Source: an uncultured virus (IMG/VR IMGVR_UViG_3300042268_000523)
Lineage: Duplodnaviria > Heunggongvirae > Uroviricota > Caudoviricetes > Schitoviridae
Length of the DNA stretch: 20,000 bases
Strand: one strand, 5' to 3'
IMG/VR virus record: IMGVR_UViG_3300042268_000523
Location: 55,172 to 75,171 of that record
The position numbers were made by a program, and so were the translations under genes. The notes under the pieces are model-generated. The model saw only the letters and a list, made by a program, of their open reading frames with translations. It made no database searches and was not told where the DNA came from. Of this stretch, positions 6,456 through 16,500 are shown piece after piece (positions within the stretch are counted from its first letter, which is position 1; each line of letters begins with the position of its first letter).

Positions 6456-7430
6456 TTAATAAGCAGAACCAAGATCAATTCGTCTCCAGTTTGCATCTGC
6501 AATCGTATTGGCAGCAACAGGGATATAAAGAAAAGAAGCATCGACCTGCGGAATCCAGGCTTCACTGACCGTACCATCAACACCGCCAGTCAGAGTAGCT
6601 TCAGCAAAAGAGGCATTAGCCATATCAGTAAGTGTATCAATTGCATTGCCCACAACACCCTTGGTATCCGCAGTCACAGTTACCGTATCACCTGCACCAT
6701 CGGCCAGGGTATAATCAGTACCGGCATCGGCTGCAACCAAAGCAGTAACAGCATTAGCAGCAGAACAATCAGCTCCACTCCCGAGGACCACTGCAGCAAA
6801 GACATTGGATTCCGCTGAAAAGGTTTCAGTCGTAGCAATGGTATCACCGGCAGTCCCACCAATCAGTGCAGTAATAGTACAATCATTGGCAGCAAAGGCA
6901 CTTGCAGATACCAGTGGATGAGCCGTATTCACACTGTCGGTACCATTGATAGCAGCAACAATGGCAGCCTGTGCAGTTGGCAGATCAGTACCAATAGAAA
7001 TTTTCCCATCAGCATTGGCAGTTCCATCCGGAACGAAAGTATATTCTTTAGTGCCAATGGTCATGGTATCGCCAGAAGTAGGCTGAGTGTCTACCGTAAG
7101 AGTTCCCGAAGAGGCGGTAGTATAACTGGTGATATCTACTGCGATATTTCCAGATGTAACGGTCTGTGCTGCATCTGCAGCGAACTCATATACATCCGTA
7201 CCAATTGTAACGGTTTCGTCATCTGTAGCAACATCGGTAAGTGTCAACGTACCCGTAGCAGCAACAGCATTTACCGGAGTACCTTCAATCAAAATATCCT
7301 GATCATCGGAATTGGGAGCATGGATATTTGCAATTGCTTCCGGGGTAATGATGGCAAGTTTGGCGATTTCTGCTTCCGGTACGGTTGCATACCCAGGCCG
7401 ATACGGGACACTTGCTTTGTTTAAAATCAT
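6456..7430 (-). CDS. Thr/Ala/Asp-rich virion structural protein (head fibre/decoration-like) with nested beta-domains
   Basis: SD AAAGGA; duplicated motifs ATGTLTL..DETVTIG..YEF / SSGTLTV..GDTMTIG..YTF; C-terminal DASFLYIPVAANT...NWRRIDL resembles a motif common in phage fibre/decoration proteins. Confidence 0.6.
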   Translation of the reverse strand: MILNKASVPYRPGYATVPEAEIAKLAIITPEAIANIHAPNSDDQDILIEGTPVNAVAATGTLTLTDVATDDETVTIGTDVYEFAADAAQTVTSGNIAVDITSYTTASSGTLTVDTQPTSGDTMTIGTKEYTFVPDGTANADGKISIGTDLPTAQAAIVAAINGTDSVNTAHPLVSASAFAANDCTITALIGGTAGDTIATTETFSAESNVFAAVVLGSGADCSAANAVTALVAADAGTDYTLADGAGDTVTVTADTKGVVGNAIDTLTDMANASFAEATLTGGVDGTVSEAWIPQVDASFLYIPVAANTIADANWRRIDLGSAY

Positions 7431-7452
7431 GATTTTTTCCTTTCTGGTAACT

Positions 7453-7496
7453 AAATATAAAAATGGGCCTATTTCTATAAAGAAATAAACCCATTT
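7453..7496 (-). terminator. Rho-independent terminator after vRNAP
   Basis: Minus-strand RNA AAAUGGGUUUAUUUCU-UUAU-AGAAAUAGGCCCAUUU forms a 16-bp stem (two U.G pairs, which only pair on this strand) running into UUAUAUUU. Confidence 0.75.
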
Positions 7497-7527
7497 ATAA
7501 GTGGTTGTTTTTAAAAAAGCAGCTGTG

Positions 7528-10500
7528 TTATTTACTTAAAATCGTCTCTGTCGCAGCTAGAGGTACTGGCATAAACAATGATCCAAGGAATGAACCAACA
7601 GGATTATCTATCTTATTCAAAGGATCGCTCGTTACCAGCGGGATAGAATTATATACATGATCCGCCCCTAAATGGCTGGCCATCATAATTGACATGGCCA
7701 CATCAAAAGGCTTCTCAATGATGCTCTTATAAATTGGTTTCAAAATTCTGACTCCATATTTCGTGAACCAGAACAAACCAATTTCATTAAAGTATTCGGT
7801 CAGCCGATGGGTTGGTACATCGAAGTTTACAAACTCCTCCATAGCCTTGGCTGCAGCTTCGGCTTTATCCATTTTATCGACTTTCGTATAGTGGGTATAG
7901 AGTATGTGCCGGCCAATGAAATCGGTCATTTTAACAGCATTATTGAGCAGCTTATAACCATTGGTATCCTGGGTCATAAACATAATCTTACCGACATTCT
8001 GAATTGTCGGATGAAGTTTCTGCATACCCTTATCAGTCAGCTGTTCCATCGGTCCTGGGAAATAGGATTTATTGAAAGCAGTTTCAAGATCATCTACCAG
8101 GGATGGCATCAATCCGGATTCAATAGATTCCCGTACTGGATTCCTGGCAATGGAATCTTCGAGCTGCATCAATTCATTATCAATCACCCGGGTAGACTTA
8201 CCCGCTTTTTTAGCCAGCTGTTGCTGAACTAATAGTTCATCTCGCTTTTTGGTATCTGCCTGATATTTTGTTCCCATATACCAAGCTTCCCAACCCAAAT
8301 TAATAATCGTACTGGTTGGAATGCCTCGACCTTTTAAATAAAACATATTGCTGCCAAGGTTCTTCATCGTCACTGTCAAAGACTTTACAATGATATTGCT
8401 TTTCGCAATCTTCGTAAGCTCCATTGCCCACTGCTCTAAATTATGTGCAACGATGATTCCTTTGTTTTTGGGCAATAGATGATTGAATATTGAAACAATC
8501 AATCGTTCCAGTTTCGCCTGCTCTTCTTTATTTTTGGTGAAGGCTTCTGCAATACCATACTTGCGATAACCAAAAACCAAGTCTAAAATCTCTTTGGCTA
8601 CAAACATTTTACCGGAAGAATTTCCCCAGATTTTCCTGGCTGCTGCTTTCATAGAATCCGGCATCATATAATACAGCTCTCTCATTTTTGGATCACTGAC
8701 TGATGGACCTACTTCAACAAAAGCAGCAGGATTTTCTTGGTAGTGTTTGTCAAAATGTTCTTTCAATACTATCACCAGGTCTTTGTTGATTACCGGAGTA
8801 CGAACCTTATCAACAATCTGACCTGCCATTCCTCCAAGTATTGCATCGAAATCATTTACCTTTTCCAGATAAGAATCTTTAGTTACTTCGGTCATCATAT
8901 ACCGATAAGATACAATGTTACCCAGTCGATTAAACTGCGGCACCATATGAGTACCAGACTTAGGAACCGTAGGTACAATAGTTGGATCCATCATAGCCTG
9001 GATATTCTTTTGTTTGTCCTTAATGATATCCGCATTATTCTGTCGGCCAACTTTAGTAGACACATCCAATTCCAAAGCAATATCCTGGGAATTTGTACCT
9101 TTTGGTTTCCGGCCAGTAAATGAAACGATTCCCGTGAGCCGATCATTAACCCTTCCAGTCTTAGATGTATAAATATACATTTTGGTTTGTCTGGTTGGAT
9201 CAAGAGGATCTCTGGCAACTGGATACAGGCTTCTTGTATACCCGTTTGCAATGAAAGCTTCTTCTTGATCTTTTGTTCCATATTCATATTTAATTCGGGG
9301 ATTCAAAATCTCTTTAATATAGCCCTTCTGAAAGAGATACTTATTCCCATTAAACGATTGCTCTAAAGCCTGTTCTTTGAGCACTTGGTGCATGTTCAAT
9401 ACACCTACCACTCCTTCAGGATCTTTCTCCATTAAAGCGGCAAATTCGGCTCTCTGCGAGCGATTGGTATACTGCAAGGCATAGAGGCTAACCAGCTGAT
9501 CAATCAACGGCTCCATGCGATCTACGACCTTCTCGTTAATTGAATTCATTAATTGAGTATCTCGACAACCTGCAATCGCTCGAACACTTTGGAAAGCATC
9601 TTCATTATTCCGGCTAAATCCATGAACCATAAACCAGCCTAAAGCATCGCTGGCCTTCTGATAAAAAACTTTGTGTTTACCGGTCAAATCCTTGTCTTTC
9701 CGGATTTGAGCTAAAATCTTATCAATCTCTTGGTTCAATGCTTTTGGTTCCTGCAAAACCTTTAACAGTCGATCTGCTCCCAGCGTAGGCAGTAATGCAG
9801 CCAAATCTGGCTTCAATCCAATCTTTGTAATACTGACCGATTCTGAGACTGTAGGAGCCGTTTTAAAGAGCTTTACAGCCAATTCGCTATAGGTATCAGA
9901 GGCAGCTTGTTTAACCGTATCTAGCAGCATATGACGGCGATTTAAGAGCCAATAGAATTTGGTCCATTTATCCGTTCTACCGATTCCTTCGGTTACAGCT
10001 GCCTTAATCATATTCTGGTCCATGGCCTCAATACGATTAAACAGTCCTCGCATACTTTGCCCTAAAGCCGTATCAGAGTCCCTCATAGCATTGCCCAGGT
10101 TTCGCAGGTCATTTGCTATTCGGATTACCGGAGTCTTTGTAAAAACAGCCTTAATCGTCTTGTTACCGATATCAGAAACAGTCTTTGTCAAACCAGCATG
10201 TTTGGCCTTAGCCTTTTCAAACAACTGGGTCTTATTCTTCGAATCAATCTGAGCCATTCGAAAGGCCAATCTATCTAACTCAGCTGCCATGTTGTCCTTC
10301 GGAGAAAACTTCACAAATTTGCCTGAAACAAATTGAAAAATCTTCCGGGCAATATTCATCAAAGTTGTTTGAATATTTGGTCCCTTAATTTCTGCCCAGG
10401 TAGTTTTGGTATAAGCTGTCTGATCCAAAGAAATCTGTAACATCGCTTTCCGGAAATTTTCATTGGTAGCAGCATAAGCCATAAACTCATCCAAATGGGT

Positions 10501-13500
10501 TGAGTATTTATGGGTTGTCTCAATACCAGTAGCAGGATTCACACTCTTTTCAGCCACTACCCTGGCTTCTCGGAAAATATAATTGAAAGCCTGTTGAGCA
10601 GCTTCTACCTCAAACTGATTTGCCGGATCAGTTACATCGATTGTAGGATCATTCAAAAAGACCTTATATCCATCTGCTCCTAATTTCTTAAAGGCAATCC
10701 GGTAAAGCATTTCAACCTTATTTCGCATACCAGGCATATGTCGTAAACCAAAAGCAATAATCGTATGATACAGTTCATGGGTATATACTTCGCCGGTACT
10801 CATCCGAATGCCACTATTCAGTGCACCAGATACAGGAGCTACCGGCTGCTTACTAATGAAAATACGACCTTTCTCATTCTGCTGGCCAGGGACAAAAGCA
10901 CCATAGGCTTTGGCATACGGGTTTGATTTCAAGTACACATCAATCGGCTGCATGACATGCCGTACCAAATCATTAAGTAGGTTTTGCAGATGCTGATCAT
11001 GTTCCGCACTATCAATCTTACTGCTATCATTTTTGATCTGGTTATACAGATGCAGAACATTCTGCCCATTGATCTCCTGTTCTAAAACATATTCAGCAGG
11101 ATCAATGGTAATCGGTTGATCAACACTGCTTCCAAAGATATTGTTCTCTTCCAGAAATGCTTTGATCTCTTTGGTTAAATCTTTTGCCATATCCAGTTCA
11201 GCCTGACGCTTATTTGTAACCTGACGAGTCACATCACCGGCCGGCAGAGCATTGGTTTTATTTTGATTCACGATATAGGCAGCACCAGGATAGCTGTACT
11301 GCTCCACCTTCTGCATAATAGAAACCAACCAATCTTTATTCTTTTTGGTTGCTGCTGCTGTTTCCTTGGTATTTTTGATAATCTGTTTAATGGCAGCAGC
11401 CATATTGTTTTCATTGATCTTAACTGGTTTACCATCCAAATCAGTCATATGGGTAATTTTCATACTCTTGAGTTCAGACAGTAAAGCCTTTTTAACATCA
11501 ACAGAGTTAATCTCCCCTCGATCTAAAAGCTCTTGCAGTTGCTGCTGATAATTGGTTTGGGTATCCAGCACTCCTTGGTTCAATTCTACACCCATATCAT
11601 AATCTTTCATGACAGTGTAGAAATGCTCATTTAAAGCCTGTCCCAATTTAACAGCATCCAGGAAACTGGTGGTGAACCCATCATGGTTATTGAGTATATT
11701 GGCCCACTCTAAACCCAGAGTCATATTGGCAATCATACTATCGATATCATGAATGGTCAGAATTGTACCCGCTACCCCGGGAGCTTCCAAACCTTCTCGT
11801 TTATATGGAGCACCTTTTTTCAAAGGAATAATCGAGTCGGTATAAGATTGAATTACTCGATCTTTCCCGTACTCTTTGTTCCGGGTTTCCTTAGCCAAAG
11901 GAATCTTACCACCCATGTACGTTTTGACCTGGGGAAACAGAGGCTGTAAGTCAGCTTCAATCTGTCGCAGCTCTTCAACAGTTATTTTTCTTTTTGGTTC
12001 ATCTGATTTGGCAATCTGTGCCTGCAGCTCTTTGACTCGCAGTTTATACATTGTGTTATACATGGCTGCAGCCAGATTAATCCCGGTATTCAGCGGAGCA
12101 AACGTAGCCTGCATGTCACCATAAACATTGGTGATCGCATCGCTTAAAGCCTGGCCATGATACTGGCTAACAGAGTTGGTAATAGCAGTTACATGCTTGT
12201 CTGTTAAAACGGTATTTAATAACACCTTGGAATCAACTACATCCCCTTTCAGAGCAGCAGCGAGAATGTTCTTATCTTCGGTCAGAACAATCAGGTCTTG
12301 TTGCAAAGCCCGTAAAGCATCTGCATCTTTAGATGCTGCAATCGTTTCCATCTGGGTATAGATTAGATTGATTGCAGTTTCACCCAACTCTTTTAAAAGA
12401 GTATTTTCACCCATTCCATAAACTGTTTTCATGGTTGGGTCTTTAGAGAGTTTACGAACTATTTTGGTGATATTGCCATCAGCTTCTCGGAAATCTCCAA
12501 AGAGATTCTTCAGTGCATTTAATACCTGTAATTGTTCTTTGGTATCTGTATCATTTTCGATGATCAGTTTTTCCGCTGCAGTGAGAGCATTTGCCCAAGC
12601 AAATCCAACAGCCTGATAAGCATCATGATTTAATGCTCCGGCCAGGTGTTGAGCCAAACCAGCGTAATCCTCATCAAAACTAATACCAGCATTTTGTAAA
12701 GCAGCCAGAGTTTCCAGTCGATCTGCTTCTGCACCCATTAATTGAACTCGACCTATGGCAGGTCCATTCGATACTCCATCGATCTCCGTAGGCAGGTCTG
12801 TTTTGAAGGTTTTCTGTTTGGTTTCTACAGCAGTTAAATAACGAGCATACTCAATAATGCCCTTCATCGAATGAATGTTTAAACCACCTTCTTTGGTCGC
12901 TGCAGCCAAAGCGGTTAATTCTTGTTTGTAACCTGCCTGCAGTTCTGCCATCTTTTCTGGATTAAGGGTATCAAGATCACCTGTTTCTTTAATGATCTTT
13001 TGAACAGCTTTAATGGCATCTTGGAAAACAGGTTCTTGGAGCTTATCTTCAGTTTTCTCTACGGCTTCCATCAAGCCGCCTTCTTTACTAACCTCAATAT
13101 CCAAAGCCAGACTTACAGCTTCCATGAAGCTGTAATAGGCATCGATGTCAGTAGGATTGAATTCAGCCTCCCAACCTTTCATATTGAACAGGAATCGATC
13201 TACCTTGCTACCCTGTGGGTTTATATCACCCACTTGCCCCATACGTCCTTGCCGCCAGAATTCAGCGGGAATAAACAATTCAGAAGCATAACCATTAGGT
13301 TGTTGTGCTGCGTCAGCCAACCATGCCTGTATACGCTTATAATTTTGTTCCAGATTAAAATTAACCCCTTCAACAGAATCCTGATTAACCTTGTGAGCAG
13401 TGGCAGGATCCTGAAATCCCATAACCATTTTCAGATTATCTGGATCCAATAACAAAAAGAAATTCATGCTTCTGGCACTGGCTACATAAGGTTTATTGAT

Positions 13501-16500
13501 ACTGTTGATCAGATTCTTGGTTTGCTGTTTGGTAGCCTTAAAACCAGTTTTCTTTAAAATAAATTCTGCAGCTTCTTTGTAAGTTAGAGGTTTCCACCGA
13601 TAGTTCTTTTTATCAACCTCTCCTTCAAAAACTAAATCCCAGGTTGTTTTGGAATTTTGATAAGGAGTTACAAGATTATCTGTAATATCCTGTGCTAATC
13701 GATCATAACCAGTTTCCGGATCCACTTCTGTTCGTACCCGGTAAAAATCGATAGCACCTTCGTCTTCAACATCTTCCCATTTTCCGTTTTTATCTTTCTT
13801 CAATTCAAAACGATTTTGGATACCATTAAATTTCTTACGATTCTGGGGATCTGCTTTTTGTTCATTCTTCAAACCTTCTAAACCAGACACACTATCAGAA
13901 GCTTTCTGTCCTTTCTTGGTTCCCTGGAAAATCTTGGTCATGGTTAGATAACCCATGTGTTCCATGGTTGCCATAGCCTGCAAACCCAATGAAATCTCTA
14001 ATCGGTTCTGAAGGTCAAAGTCGGCCTTTTCCTGAGCTTCCATACCCAAGAGCTTATAAATATCTTGGCCCAATTGTTCCTGCAGCATAGTAGCTGTAAC
14101 GCCCTTATCTCGCAGCAATCTCATAGCCAGTTGGGTAGGCTTTTGATCATCTTTCAAAGCCAAAATTCTGCCTACAGTTTTTTCATCATTCAATACTGTT
14201 TCACTGGCCCGGGTAGCCAAATATTTATAGGATACCGCCATCATTGCATTTACAACTTTGGGAGCCAGATTACCCTGAGCGTCAACCAAATATTGAATTG
14301 GATCGGTATCCCGGTAAGGCATACCCTTTGCGGTATAGGCTTTAAAGAGACGCTTGGTATTTTCATCTCCGTGTAGAGCTGCCTGGAAAGCCTCACCGAA
14401 TTTAACAATTGAATCTACCGCTGCTTGGGTATTTTCATTGAAAGGATTTTCTTTGCTAAAATACTTTTCATAATTGGCAAATAATCCATTCTTCAATGCT
14501 TCCAGAACTCGATGAGTCTTTTGCATCAAGGGCTGAATACCTTTCTTAATCGCCTTCTTCCCAAAGGTTAGAAACAGCTTATTTGGAATATCAGGATCTA
14601 CATCTGTCTCTGTATCGGCTTCCTCCTGCTCAGAAGCTTCCACTCCTTCCGGGTTCGATTCCGGATCAGCTGTTCGCTGATCCTCCTTCGAACCCTCTTC
14701 TGTGGAAGCTTCTTCGGTCTGGGCGGAAGCCGGCTCAACAGTTTCAATTCGTTTTTTGGCTTTTAATACGGCAGCTACCACATCAGCTTTAGCTGATCCT
14801 TTAACAACCTTCATACCCTCTAATTCTGCAATCGTAGAATCTTTGTATTCCAGAATTTTTTGCATATGGTTGTTGTTACTGGATAGTTCATTGGCTTCAC
14901 TTTCGGTAAAACCCATTGACTGTAAACTTGCCACCAACTCTAATTTCTCATCCAAAATTTCTTGAGCAGCAGCAATTTCATTTTGAATGGTTTCTCGTAA
15001 TTGTCCTGAGTATTTCTTTAACTTTTTCTGTCGATTACGAATAATCTGTTCAAGACCTTTGGCAGTTTTATTTTCAAACTCTTTTGTATTTACAAATTGT
15101 TTCTTCCTGGGAACAGGTTTCTTTGGTTTCGCCGATTTGGTTTCTTCCTGTTTTTTGGCAGGTGGTTTATTGTCCGTCTTCTGTTGACCCAGTTGATCGG
15201 CTACTACAATTTTCTGAACCAAAGCCAAAGCATCTGTTAATGCGGTAGGGTTGTCATTTTTCAATCGTTGAACCAAAGTGAAAAATAACTCTTTGATTGT
15301 ATCTACCAAACTCTGGTCGGCTTTCATCGGCGGCAGAGTATTCAAGTATTCCTGGAAAGGTCGAGAACTAATAGCCTGAGCTACAAACTCTTTTTCATTT
15401 GTAAAAGCATAACCTTTTTGTTTACCTGGATCCTGTTTTAATACATGATCCATTAAGCTTTTGGCTTGACCAATTAAATCTGATTGGGAGTCTAAATGCT
15501 TACTGGTTAATACATGGGTGTATTCGTGCAGGAATACCGTTGCCGGCGACATCTTTTTGGTTCGTTGCTCAGTCGGGTAATCAAACGTCTCATTCAAATT
15601 AATGGTATTATCTATAGCTCGACCAGCTACCGATTTTTTTGTTTGAGCATTTACCATATCCGTTTTAAATGAAACCGTTACCGGAGTGAAAGGAACACCC
15701 AATTTATTGAGTTCAGCTAACACCGAAGCAGCCCAAACACTGCTTTCATCATCTTTTAAAGCTCGGCCTTTCTGCTGCATTAAAGCATCAAATTCCTGGC
15801 TTACTTGAACCAGTTCGTCCAATGAATTAACAGTAAGAGAGCCTTTATTATCTGTCGTAAGGATTCGGCCCACTTTCTCATTAAAATGCAAACGAGGAGC
15901 ATCCCCACCCTCCGGAACAGTCGGGTCCGGAGTTTGTGTGGTGGTGGGGATTGTGGTGCCAGACTGTTGCCTGGGAGAGTCAGGCGACTCAGGAGTTAGT
16001 GGTATGGGTATCTCCTGAGTTTCTGCAGCTACCCCTTGCCCTGGTGTTTGTTCAGATTGTTCAGTGGCAGCCTTATTTTTATTTTTAAAAGCCTCAACCA
16101 TATTCTCACCTACAACTACTGCCTGGTTGAGCAACTTAGCCTCCTGTTCCATATTTTTAATTGTGGCCTCAAAAGCTGGGCCTACAGTATACGGTTTAAG
16201 TGGATTACCTTTCTTATCAGTTTCAGAAGTCCGTTTGGCTTGAATGGCATCCCAATTGGCCTGGGTATCTGGATCCAAAGATTGATTGGTTTTGACAGCT
16301 TCTTGGACAGCCCTAAAAGTAGAAGCTCGAACCTGTTTTTGATCTGCCCAAGCTCGAAGCTTATTAAGACGGTTTTCCGCCTGTTTAACGTCCTTTTGGA
16401 TCAGAGCTATACCAATGCCTTGGTGATGGTCTGTAATCCCCATAAAACCGTCTTCTGCGTTACCATCTATAATATCGGATCGAACATCAACCGGAGACTT

